DNA from: a virus
Lineage: Duplodnaviria > Caudoviricetes
Virus record (IMG/VR): IMGVR_UViG_3300028809_000015
Location: 1 to 61,006 of that record
DNA: 61,006 nt
Reading direction: 5' to 3' (one strand)
Shown: in pieces, positions 18,300 to 26,769 of the stretch
Layout of the letters: every line of letters starts with the position of its first letter
Numbering within the stretch: position 1 is the first letter of the stretch
Program-made: the position numbers and the translations under genes
The notes under the pieces: model-generated
What the model was told of the DNA's origin: nothing
Seen by the model: only the letters and a program-made list of their open reading frames with translations
Databases searched by the model: none

Positions 18300-18473
18300 C
18301 TAGGCGGCTTGTTTTAGCGCTAGGGTTTTACTCTGCGAGCACAAGGCGTCTATAACGATACTCTTCCCGACTTTTTGGGCAGCCTCGTGAATGCAATTTT
18401 TGATAATCCTATCAAAAGATTCTGGATTGACATCCCGTACTGATGCCAATGTGGTGTGGTGAGTGGTTTTCAT
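18300..18473 (-). CDS. Small protein (57 aa) ending LALKQAA; not in the ORF track
   Basis: GGAG RBS; starts 9 nt after the stop of the upstream gene; followed by a terminator. Confidence 0.65.
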   Translation of the reverse strand: MKTTHHTTLASVRDVNPESFDRIIKNCIHEAAQKVGKSIVIDALCSQSKTLALKQAA

Positions 18474-18481
18474 CTTTTCTC

Positions 18482-19012
18482 CTATGTTGCAGAAATCACA
18501 AGCCAGCGGCCTTCAATTTTTGTGGAGTAGTCTCCACTAATTTGGGCGGAAAGTCGTTCTTTAAGGGCGATCAGCAATTTCATTAAGCTGTCATTTCGAC
18601 CATATAGTTTCACGACCCTAGCCATATGTCGTCCTGTTAGCCCAATAGTTCCAATTGTGGCTATCGCATAGATGTCTAATACCTGCAGAAGTTTCTCAGG
18701 GTTTGCGTCAACTTGTTCTGGTGCAAATTCAGGCGAAAATTTAACGCTCAGCATTTTTAGCCACCCTCTGTCTGCGCCGACTCGTTGATGGTAAACAATA
18801 TCAACGACAGCAACTGCAGCCGAATTTCCCTCTAGAAATATACCATACGCAAAAGAATCTCCATTTGCGTTTCCATAATTGGAGTGATTCTCGGCCCAAT
18901 CCAATACCATTTCATAATCAAGCGCGGGCATATCCAAATCCTCTGCGGCTTGTATCCAGGCTTCTCGCGTAGCGGCAAGTGATTCAATGGTGAATTGTTT
19001 GAGATTACCCAT
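18482..19012 (-). CDS. AT-rich hypothetical protein, possibly GNAT-like fold
   Basis: Strand/helix pattern FAYGIF..VAVVDIV..WLKMLSVKFSP..VVKLYG; lower GC than flanks; fold is inference. Confidence 0.65.
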   Translation of the reverse strand: MGNLKQFTIESLAATREAWIQAAEDLDMPALDYEMVLDWAENHSNYGNANGDSFAYGIFLEGNSAAVAVVDIVYHQRVGADRGWLKMLSVKFSPEFAPEQVDANPEKLLQVLDIYAIATIGTIGLTGRHMARVVKLYGRNDSLMKLLIALKERLSAQISGDYSTKIEGRWLVISAT

Positions 19013-19237
19013 TAATAAATTTGCCTTTTTATTTAAAAAATCATCGTAAAAATTGCAAGCCCAGTACTGTACTTTATTATTAATATTGTGGCTTACCAAA
19101 ATTTGGTTTATTCGCAGAAACTTAATCCCGTTTTGCGTCCGCCATTAAACCCCAATCCTCTCTTTACGACATCCCATGTTCATGGGGCCTTATTCTTGCG
19201 GGGATTTTGTCGACAGGCGGAGAGAGGCGGTAATAAG

Positions 19238-19543
19238 CTACGCGAGCCAGCCGAAGCCTTTTGCCATCAGGCCGGCAAGGCCAAGGGCAACAGCAATAAT
19301 CGCTCCGAACAGGATACGGAAGTCAGTTTTGAGGTCTTGGCGCAGCTCACGAGCATCGACCTTCAGCTCTGCAATGTCACGCTGAATGTATTCGGTGGTT
19401 GATTCTAATTTTGCTACGCGAGCTTCCATATTCCCATCTTCTGGCTGCCCTCCAGTCGGAGGCGTTTCATCACCAGAATAGGGGGCGCGTGTGCGTATGT
19501 CAATCCGCAGCGGCGCAGGGCTACACAACCGGGATGTATTCAA
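19238..19543 (-). CDS. Coiled-coil protein with a C-terminal transmembrane anchor
   Basis: MEARVAKLESTTEYIQRDIAELK..FRILFGAIIAVALGLAGLMAKGFGWL; start uncertain. Confidence 0.7.
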   Translation of the reverse strand: MNTSRLCSPAPLRIDIRTRAPYSGDETPPTGGQPEDGNMEARVAKLESTTEYIQRDIAELKVDARELRQDLKTDFRILFGAIIAVALGLAGLMAKGFGWLA

Positions 19544-19580
19544 TGCCGTTCTGAATGAGGGGAATGGCGCTATGAGTAGG

Positions 19581-19877
19581 TTAGGGCGAACGATCTATTT
19601 CTTTATGTGTTGCGACGCGACGGAGTGTCGCTTGAGTCCCGTCGATCTCCAAAGAAATCTTGTAGGAGTGATTAGAGAACACATCAATGGTATAAACTTT
19701 TGGATTTGATGAGTAATCGACGCAATGAAGTCGTCGAGAAGTGGGCACTGGTACTTTGTACAAATCTTCGATGGCAGCCTTGGCTGCTTTCAATATATCA
19801 GGAGGGAGCCCTTTCAGTTCCCGCTCAAAACGCTTCGTTGGTTTCGTTGCTTTAATTGTTGGGACGAACGGAGGCAA
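19581..19877 (-). CDS. RelE/YafQ-like toxin
   Basis: TKRFERELKGL..RRLH..YTIDV..LRRVATHKEI; 98 aa, basic; abuts the upstream acidic gene. Confidence 0.7.
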   Translation of the reverse strand: MPPFVPTIKATKPTKRFERELKGLPPDILKAAKAAIEDLYKVPVPTSRRLHCVDYSSNPKVYTIDVFSNHSYKISLEIDGTQATLRRVATHKEIDRSP

Positions 19878-20375
19878 TCACACACCCAGCGCGGCAAATA
19901 AATCATCAGAAGATGTGTAGGGCCCGCCTGGCAGTGGCTCGTCAAAGTCCGCGTCGTGCTCACCAATAGCCCAGCACAGAGAATTGATGGCATTATGCAG
20001 ATCCGCTGCGGCGTTTAGCATGTCATAGTACGCCTCAACAACGCCATCATCTTCGCATAATTCTTCGGACCGCTTGGCGGACTCGCATTTTCTTACGAAT
20101 TTTGCGTGTACCGAGCCGAGCAGATCTCTTGTCTCTTCAAGAGACTTGACGATTGATCCATCCTCATCAATAACCTTTGCATAGCCCCTGACTCGAACAA
20201 TCTCGCCACGGACAGTATTGGTATGGTAAGACATCTGCTCCTTGATCAGATCAAGGACGGCAATCGTTTTGTCGATTGCCTCGAGTAGATCAAGGTCACG
20301 CGCAGTAGCGCCGACGATGCGGTTCAGCGCACGAAATTTACTCGCTTCGTGAGTGTTCATATCAACTCGGCTCAT
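19878..20375 (-). CDS. Putative cognate antitoxin
   Basis: Acidic; C-terminus GPYTSSDDLFAALGV resembles RelB/DinJ toxin-binding tails; own promoter TTGCTA-17-TAGAGT upstream. Confidence 0.6.
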   Translation of the reverse strand: MSRVDMNTHEASKFRALNRIVGATARDLDLLEAIDKTIAVLDLIKEQMSYHTNTVRGEIVRVRGYAKVIDEDGSIVKSLEETRDLLGSVHAKFVRKCESAKRSEELCEDDGVVEAYYDMLNAAADLHNAINSLCWAIGEHDADFDEPLPGGPYTSSDDLFAALGV

Positions 20376-20644
20376 GATGATTCCCCCATGGAAATACTCT
20401 AGTTCTTTTCGTGGAGTTTAGCAAACTTTTGCTATTGACAGGCTTCTTTATTTCGCGTAAGGGAATGCGGTTTATCAAAAATCTCCACTCTTGGTTAGTG
20501 GCTTGATCTTTGTGTTTTGTTCCATGCTGCCCATTCCAATGGCGACAATGCAATTGCAAAAATGCATTACACCTTAGACCCACCAAGGCGGCATCCCATA
20601 TCTATGGGGCTGAATCGATTCGTGCCAGACGCAAGTTAATTCCG

Positions 20645-21001
20645 TCAGCAATATGCGCCATGCTTTCGACAAAGCAAGCGTGCGTGCCTTTCGCACTTCT
20701 TAAGCGCCTCTTGTCCATTACGGACATGTAGCAAACACTTAGTGCGGCCAACTTCTTCAGGGATGGATCTGCATTGATCAAGTGCCGCTACGTATTCCCA
20801 GCGTCTTTCAATTTGCATTTCAAGTACAACATGTTGCTCAACCCAGAAGTCCTTCGGGGCATATTTTTCTCTGAGGGCGCTTAGTAAGCCATCTGGCTCG
20901 CAGCGCACCAATTCAATCCGCAGTTGGAAGTCTTTTGCTTGCGCCGATGATTGACTCAATAGCGCAAGCAGCCAGAAGGCTTTTGCAATTGCCTTCATCA
21001 T
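20645..21001 (-). CDS. Secreted Cys-rich hypothetical protein
   Basis: Signal peptide ending SAQA; six Cys. Confidence 0.6.
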   Translation of the reverse strand: MMKAIAKAFWLLALLSQSSAQAKDFQLRIELVRCEPDGLLSALREKYAPKDFWVEQHVVLEMQIERRWEYVAALDQCRSIPEEVGRTKCLLHVRNGQEALKKCERHARLLCRKHGAYC

Positions 21002-21004
21002 TGG

Positions 21005-21136
21005 TCAATGACAGTGGTAACCACCGGTCGAGTGATCTCGATGGCAACCGTTTCTATCCGTTCCGCCAGAATGTGCAAAAGAAGCAGTGCTTGTAACAAG
21101 TGCCATTGCCAGTACTGTTGCGATTAGTTTTTTCAT
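21005..21136 (-). CDS. Secreted YHYH-domain mini-protein (43 aa; not in the ORF track)
   Basis: MKKLIATVLAMALVTSTASFA-HSGGTDRNGCHRDHSTGGYHCH; AAGGA RBS. Confidence 0.8.
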   Translation of the reverse strand: MKKLIATVLAMALVTSTASFAHSGGTDRNGCHRDHSTGGYHCH

Positions 21137-21248
21137 TTGTCTTTCCTTTTCTTATGCAAGATGGCGTGTCGTTATGTCACGTCTAAAATTGCATAAAAGG
21201 AATTACACCGCAAACCTCATACATCCGCATCCCATATTTATGGGGCCA

Positions 21249-21521
21249 TCAGAGCTTCCCGGGCTTGACCATCTTGCTTGCGAGCTTGCTAAGGATGTTC
21301 AATAATCGGCCAGCAGCGGTAAGCCCAGATACTGGATCGTCTCGATATGTGCCGGTTGCTCCGATTCCATGCTCAAAGTCGGTCAGGCGCAGGGCAAAGA
21401 GCATTCCTGTTACTTCGCCTCGTTCGGCCTTTTCAATGATTTCCCTGCAAACTGCGATCGTGTCTTTGTTCTGGTATTCAACGATTGTGATTGCGTTGCT
21501 TGGCGGCGTCTTCTTCGGCAT
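21249..21521 (-). CDS. Hypothetical protein
   Basis: AGGAG RBS; 90 aa. Confidence 0.7.
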   Translation of the reverse strand: MPKKTPPSNAITIVEYQNKDTIAVCREIIEKAERGEVTGMLFALRLTDFEHGIGATGTYRDDPVSGLTAAGRLLNILSKLASKMVKPGKL

Positions 21522-21834
21522 GATGGGTTTCTCCTGAATCGGTTAGCTTTTTGTTTAATGCCTTTACCGCATCTTGGATTGCCCCGCCGTCTTCTTGTTC
21601 GCCGCCAATGCGGATGAATATACGTTCGCGGCCCCAGCGCCGGATTAGCTCGTCGATCAGCTCGCCGTCGCTGAATGCGCCCAGTTCGTGACGAGTCTTA
21701 AGACTTTCCTCAAGGCGCTCCACGATTTCTGCGTTGAGTGACCATTTTGGCTTTCCTGCCGCTGCTTCTTCCAGTTTAGACCTCAGATTTGGCTGCATGC
21801 GCAAGCCGAATGGAGCAATGTTTTTATATTTCAT
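21478..21834 (-). CDS. Arc-family RHH protein (third copy)
   Basis: APFGLRMQPNLRSKLEEAA..SLNAEIVERLEES. Confidence 0.85.
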   Translation of the reverse strand: MKYKNIAPFGLRMQPNLRSKLEEAAAGKPKWSLNAEIVERLEESLKTRHELGAFSDGELIDELIRRWGRERIFIRIGGEQEDGGAIQDAVKALNKKLTDSGETHHAEEDAAKQRNHNR

Positions 21835-21976
21835 CCCCCGGAAATTAACCGCATATCCGGAACAAATGTGGCTACATAGGTGTAACTATATCTGGAATCA
21901 TCAGTCAAATTGCTGGTCGTGGTCGTAGTTAAAATACGCGCCCATTAAGGCGAGTGATTTCTGCGAGGAATAGGTT

Positions 21977-21998
21977 TATACTGTGCATACATACAGCA
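21977..21998 (+). promoter_or_regulatory. LexA (SOS) box overlapping a -10 element
   Basis: TA-CTGT-GCATACAT-ACAG-CA (CTGT-N8-ACAG at 21981-21996) overlapping TATACT at 21977-21982. Confidence 0.8.
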
Positions 21999-22117
21999 CT
22001 CTTCTGATCCCCGCAGACCTTCGGCCAGAACCTCAGAAGTTACATTTCTTAACTGAAATTTTCATGGCAGCCACAAATTAGAGGCGTAGCCTTATCAGAC
22101 AAAGCGGTGGAGGCAAT

Positions 22118-22306
22118 ATGCAAAAGCAGCAAGACGAAGCATTGCTGGAGGCATTTCACTTAATGAATGCGGATGAACAGCAGTTCTTCTTGGAGATGGC
22201 GCAAGTACATACCGAAGGCCGAATTTCCAAAAAACCGGTATTAACGTTAGTTTTGTGTAGTTCGACCGCGCCTGTTGGCAACTCGCTTAGCCGCGGCCTT
22301 GGCTGA
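22118..22306 (+). CDS. SOS-controlled small protein, candidate antirepressor
   Basis: GGAGG RBS; downstream of the LexA box; convergent with and overlapping the cI 3' end. Confidence 0.65.
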   Translation: MQKQQDEALLEAFHLMNADEQQFFLEMAQVHTEGRISKKPVLTLVLCSSTAPVGNSLSRGLG

Positions 22307-22654
22307 ACTCATCAGAATTCCGCGTTCTGTTGGAGTCATGCTTTTGTATGCGTTGATTAACTCAATTATTTCTTCGGCTGTCACGTTCGCATCGTTTGCT
22401 GCTTCTGCTTGATGGAAGCGCTCTTCTTTGTTGGGCGCTCCAATCCCGACGCCCCCTTCGTTTAGCGACTCAAAAGAGATATTTAGCGCTTTCGCTAATT
22501 TTTTGACCGTCTCTGTTTCTGGCCCTTTTTTCCCGCCGCCCTTGAGTATCCGACTAATAGTCGCTTGAGGTACGCCAGACCTACGCGCCAGTTCGCTCTG
22601 CGACTCAATTTTCGCAGCCTTCATTGCCCTGTCTAGTCGGTCGCCAATAGTCAT
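22247..22654 (-). CDS. cI: CI-like XRE repressor without an S24 autopeptidase domain (135 aa)
   Basis: TIGDRLDRAM..SQSELARRSGVPQATISRIL HTH; divergent from cro; leaderless PRM-like promoter TTGCGT-17-TATAGT-6nt-ATG. Confidence 0.85.
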   Translation of the reverse strand: MTIGDRLDRAMKAAKIESQSELARRSGVPQATISRILKGGGKKGPETETVKKLAKALNISFESLNEGGVGIGAPNKEERFHQAEAANDANVTAEEIIELINAYKSMTPTERGILMSSAKAAAKRVANRRGRTTQN

Positions 22655-22660
22655 GCGCGA

Positions 22661-22736
22661 ACTATACATCTGCGTATATGGCGACGCAAAAATCGACTCA
22701 TTCGCGTATTGCATTATCTATCCATTCGTGTATAGT
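22661..22736. promoter_or_regulatory. OR region: PRM/PR and three operators
   Basis: CTATACATCTGCGTATA (22662), CGACTCATTCGCGTATT (22694), CTATCCATTCGTGTATA (22718); PR TTGCAT(22709)-16-TATAGT(22731). Confidence 0.82.
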
Positions 22737-22742
22737 TGGATC

Positions 22743-22988
22743 ATGGACAAGGACATTTGCACCCTTCTAAAAGAAATCAAAGTCGAGAGCGGCTGGAGTG
22801 AGACGCATATTGCCCGCGAGATAGGCACGTCTCAGCCGACTGTAAATCGCATCCTTAATGGGCAGCTTGATTGCCAAGGAAGCACTTTGCTCTCCATTGT
22901 TAATGTGCATAAGCGAATTTGCATCGCCTCCGTTGCAAAAGTAAATGCGGCATCAAAGAAACGACGCTCCACCGATAAACAAGAGTAG
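22743..22988 (+). CDS. cro: Cro-like HTH protein
   Basis: GWSETHIAREIGTSQPTVNRILNG; ATG 6 nt after the -10. Confidence 0.85.
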   Translation: MDKDICTLLKEIKVESGWSETHIAREIGTSQPTVNRILNGQLDCQGSTLLSIVNVHKRICIASVAKVNAASKKRRSTDKQE

Positions 22989-22998
22989 CTCCAGGGTT

Positions 22999-23028
22999 CG
23001 CCGCTGGCTTCGGCTGGCGGTTTTTTTT
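22999..23028 (+). terminator. tR1-like intrinsic terminator
   Basis: CCGCTGGC-TTCG-GCTGGCGG followed by a T run. Confidence 0.8.
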
Positions 23029-23154
23029 GGCTTGAATTTGAGTTTTTGAGATTTATCAATCGAGTTTCCAGGCAAAAAGTGTGTTTGTTTTTCAAGAATC
23101 AATTGCCGTTAAGACAGTTTCTCTTTTTTTAACCAGACCGGGTAGCCAAATAAA

Positions 23155-23619
23155 TTGAATACGTCCACCAAATTACAGGTTGTCGATCTCGATAAAAATC
23201 CTCCGGCTGATGTTGAGGTTAGAGAGTCGGATATTTCGTTCTCCAGAGAGCCGATGCATATCGACATCCCGCTAGAAAAGATCCGCGCCTGCAATACGCC
23301 GGGCGATGCATTCAAGCTGGCCTGCTGGGCGTCTGGGTTGGACGACAAGGAAATCTACTCAGAAGTGGGTATTGATGCGGGTTATTTCACAAACATAAAA
23401 AAGAATGCCGCGACCCTAAAGGCGGACAAAGAGGCTTTGTTCTGCAAGGTCGTTGGCAACCGTATCTATCCAGAGTGGCGCGCGGCACAACTTGGCTGCT
23501 CGATGGTGTCGGTTGATCGATACGAAGATCTATTGGCAATCGAAGCCGCCGCAAAAAAACTAAAGATTGAAAACGAGTTGCTGCTGTCGGTCCTCGGTCA
23601 GCGCGTGAGGTCGGCATGA
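23155..23619 (+). CDS. CII-like transcriptional regulator
   Basis: HTH-like GLDDKEIYSEVGIDAGYFTNIK; position after cro; start uncertain. Confidence 0.65.
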   Translation: MNTSTKLQVVDLDKNPPADVEVRESDISFSREPMHIDIPLEKIRACNTPGDAFKLACWASGLDDKEIYSEVGIDAGYFTNIKKNAATLKADKEALFCKVVGNRIYPEWRAAQLGCSMVSVDRYEDLLAIEAAAKKLKIENELLLSVLGQRVRSA

Positions 23620-23703
23620 AAAGCGTAGCGCTGATAGTTGTGCTGACAGCCTGGGGCGCTATGTGCGCCATTGCGGTCGCGGCTAGTTTATAGGAGCGGT
23701 GCC

Positions 23704-24066
23704 ATGAAGCGGAACGTCGCCCAAAGTTCTCTCGATGCTTATTTTGGAGGTGTGAAGCAGGTCATCGCGCCGAATCAGAAGAATGTAATTCGCGCCGCCA
23801 TGTGTGTCGGCGTGAAGTACACCAGAGCAGAACTTGGGCGCATTTGCGGGTATAGCCAGACGTCGGCTGGTCGCGCAATTGGCGAGCTAATTAAAGATGA
23901 AATTGTTGTGGAAGTTGGCCGCAAGGTTTGCGATGTGAATAAAACCAACGTTGGCGCGGTAACTCTTTCTTTGGCCGAGGCGACAAATCAGAACCTCCCC
24001 ACTATTGCCAATACTGCGCCCATCCAGCAAGGGCTTTCTGATGCGCGTCAAGGGGGTGATAAGTGA
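23704..24066 (+). CDS. Winged-HTH protein
   Basis: QSSLDAYF..YTRAELGRICGYSQTSAGRAIGEL..CDVN. Confidence 0.7.
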   Translation: MKRNVAQSSLDAYFGGVKQVIAPNQKNVIRAAMCVGVKYTRAELGRICGYSQTSAGRAIGELIKDEIVVEVGRKVCDVNKTNVGAVTLSLAEATNQNLPTIANTAPIQQGLSDARQGGDK

Positions 24067-24497
24067 GCACTCTTGTCATCAACAGCGACGAGTCCCTGCA
24101 ACGCTTTTTTGGCATGTTGCGCGAGGATTTCGCCAAATACAAATATCTGCAAATGAACTGGAAGCGCGGCAAAGATCGCAGCGCAAAGCAGAATAGCCTT
24201 AGTCACGCATGGTACGCGCAAATGGCCCGCGAACTGCGGGAAGACGACGAGCTTGGATGGAAGTGCTACTGCAAGTTGCACCACGGCGTGCCGATCCTTC
24301 GCGCCGAAGATGCCGAGTTCCGCGAGACATACGACGGCGCAATCAAAGGCCTGACCTACGAACAGAAGCTAAAGGTCATGCGCCTATTCCCAGTCACGTC
24401 CTTAATGACCAAAGAGCAGCTATCCAAGTACGCAGAATCTGTGCAGATGGACTTTGCGCAGCGTGGCGTGCGTCTTGACTTTCCGGAGGCGAAGTGA
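24063..24497 (+). CDS. ninB: NinB/Orf-family recombination protein
   Basis: RSAKQNSLSHAWYAQMA..TSLMTKEQLSKY..FAQRGVRL. Confidence 0.8.
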   Translation: MSTLVINSDESLQRFFGMLREDFAKYKYLQMNWKRGKDRSAKQNSLSHAWYAQMARELREDDELGWKCYCKLHHGVPILRAEDAEFRETYDGAIKGLTYEQKLKVMRLFPVTSLMTKEQLSKYAESVQMDFAQRGVRLDFPEAK

Positions 24498-25888
24498 TCG
24501 ATCGATACCTTGAGTTTATCAAATCAAAGCAGGCATCGTTCGTGCCTTCCGGCTTTGATTGCGGCGATCTTGGTGGTCATATGTTCGACTTCCAAAAGGC
24601 GATGGTGCAATGGGCGCTCAAGCGTGGGCGCGCCGCCTTATTCGCTGATACTGGCCTTGGTAAGACCATTATGGAATCGACATGGGCGCAGAAAGTCCAT
24701 GAACACACAGGCGCCAATGTCCTGATCGTTGCGCCGCTGTGCGTTTCTCAACAGACAGTCGAAGAAGCAGCCAAGTTTGGCATCACAATCAAATATTGCC
24801 GCTCACAGGAGGAGGTTGAGCCGGGCATCACGATCACCAACTATGAAATGCTGGAAAAGTTCGATCTGGATTCGTTCATTGCTGTCGTGCTGGATGAGTC
24901 CTCGATCATCAAGAGCCATACCAGCAAGACACGCGACTTCATCATTTCCGCTTTCCGCGATACGCCCTACAAGCTTACCGCGACCGCAACACCTAGCCCG
25001 AACGACTTCATCGAACTGGGCAATCAGGCGCAATTTCTGGGCGTGATGAGCCAGCAGGAAATGCTCGCGACGTTCTTTACTCACGATGGCGGCGATACGT
25101 CGAAATGGCGCCTTAAAGGCCACGGCAAAACCAAATTCTGGGAATGGATGGCGACCTGGGCGATCTGCGTGCGCAGCCCGGCCGATCTTGGTTTTGACGG
25201 CTCGCGGTACATCCTGCCCCCGTTGAATGTGCGTGAACACGTTGTATCTGGCGGCGAGCTTCTTGATGGGCATCTGTTCGCTACGGTGGCGATGAGCTTG
25301 TCCGAGCGCCGCGAAGCCAAGCGCAAGAGTATGGCTGACCGCATTTGTCTGGCCGCCGACATCGCCAATGCGAACAATGAACCGTGCATCGTTTGGTGTC
25401 ACTTGAACGACGAATCAGCTGCGCTCGCCAGGGAAATCAATGGCGCAGTTGAAGTAACCGGCTCCATGAAACCGACTGAGAAGGAAGAAATGATCATGGC
25501 ATTCACGCACGGCGATGCCCGCGTGATCGTGACGAAGCCATCCATCGCCGGATTCGGCATGAACTGGCAGCACTGCCGCAACATGATCTTTGCCGGCATG
25601 GATGACTCGTTCGAATCCTATTACCAGGCAGTGCGCCGTTGCTATCGCTTCGGACAGAAACGCGAAGTCAACGTGCACATCATCACCGCCGAAACCGAGG
25701 GCGCAGTGAAGGCCAACATCGAACGCAAGCAAGCGCAATCGAATGAAATGGCCGCGCAGATGGTTGACCACATGCGTGAAATCACTTGGCGCCAGATCAT
25801 TGGCGCATGCAGCAACACCGAGACATATATCGCCAGAGTTCCAATGACGGTTCCCGCCTGGCTTGTTCAAAACGTGGAGGCGGCATGA
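24494..25888 (+). CDS. SNF2-like superfamily 2 helicase
   Basis: ADTGLGKT (Walker A), LDESS (Walker B), TATP, GFGMNWQ, QAVRRCYRFGQ. Confidence 0.92.
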   Translation: MIDRYLEFIKSKQASFVPSGFDCGDLGGHMFDFQKAMVQWALKRGRAALFADTGLGKTIMESTWAQKVHEHTGANVLIVAPLCVSQQTVEEAAKFGITIKYCRSQEEVEPGITITNYEMLEKFDLDSFIAVVLDESSIIKSHTSKTRDFIISAFRDTPYKLTATATPSPNDFIELGNQAQFLGVMSQQEMLATFFTHDGGDTSKWRLKGHGKTKFWEWMATWAICVRSPADLGFDGSRYILPPLNVREHVVSGGELLDGHLFATVAMSLSERREAKRKSMADRICLAADIANANNEPCIVWCHLNDESAALAREINGAVEVTGSMKPTEKEEMIMAFTHGDARVIVTKPSIAGFGMNWQHCRNMIFAGMDDSFESYYQAVRRCYRFGQKREVNVHIITAETEGAVKANIERKQAQSNEMAAQMVDHMREITWRQIIGACSNTETYIARVPMTVPAWLVQNVEAA

Positions 25889-26769
25889 ACGTCATCAATC
25901 AGGAAATCACCGACAAGTTCGCCCTGTATCACGCCGATTGCGTGGATACGGCGCGTGCCATTCCCGACAACTCGATCGACTTCAGTGTCTACTCGCCGCC
26001 GTTTGAGTCGCTGTATGTGTTTTCAAACTCAGAGCGAGACATGGGCAACAACGCCAGCTCAGAGGATTTTTGGGCGCACTACAATTTCCTGATTGCCGAG
26101 CATTTCCGCATCATGAAGCCTGGCCGCCTTATCGCGATCCATTGCATGAACCTGCCGACCTCGAAGGTGCGCGACGGGTATATCGGTATCAAGGACTTCC
26201 GCGGCGAAATCATTCGCGCGCACCAGAAGGCCGGGTTCATCTATCACTCCGAGGTTTGCATTTGGAAAGACCCGGTAGTCGCCATGCAGCGTACCAAGGC
26301 GCTAGGCCTGCTCTACAAACAACTCAAGAAAGACAGCGCCATGTCGCGGCAGGGTATTGCTGATTACCTGGTAGTCGTTCGCAAGCCGGGTGACAACCCC
26401 GATCCGGTTACAAAGACCGAAGACGGGTTCCGCGTTGATAAGTGGCAACAATACGCATCGCCGGTCTGGATGGACGTCAATCAAACCCGCACGCTGCAAT
26501 ATATGAGTGCCAGAGAAAGCGACGACGAGCGCCATATCTCACCGCTTCAGCTTGACGTGATTGAGCGCGCTATTGATCTGTGGACGAATCCGGATGATCT
26601 TGTTTATTCGCCGTTCGTCGGCATCGGATCGGAACTCTATACGGCATTAAAGATGGGGCGGCGAGGAGTCGGCTCAGAACTAAAGCGCAGCTACTTTGAA
26701 GTTGCTCGACGCAATCTGCTTGAGGCAAAAGCGGAGCAAGTCGACCTCTTCTCCGAGTTGGGCGCATGA
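25885..26769 (+). CDS. Beta-class N4-C/N6-A DNA methyltransferase
   Basis: SPPF motif IV near the N-terminus, SPFVGIGS motif I near the C-terminus; ATGA-coupled to the helicase. Confidence 0.9.
   Translation: MNVINQEITDKFALYHADCVDTARAIPDNSIDFSVYSPPFESLYVFSNSERDMGNNASSEDFWAHYNFLIAEHFRIMKPGRLIAIHCMNLPTSKVRDGYIGIKDFRGEIIRAHQKAGFIYHSEVCIWKDPVVAMQRTKALGLLYKQLKKDSAMSRQGIADYLVVVRKPGDNPDPVTKTEDGFRVDKWQQYASPVWMDVNQTRTLQYMSARESDDERHISPLQLDVIERAIDLWTNPDDLVYSPFVGIGSELYTALKMGRRGVGSELKRSYFEVARRNLLEAKAEQVDLFSELGA

Noticed and set aside
17450-19012. Retron-like or other named multi-gene defence system around the dTMP kinase
   Set aside because: No RT or nuclease; the apparent non-coding gap holds a 57-aa ORF and a terminator separating tmk from the upstream genes
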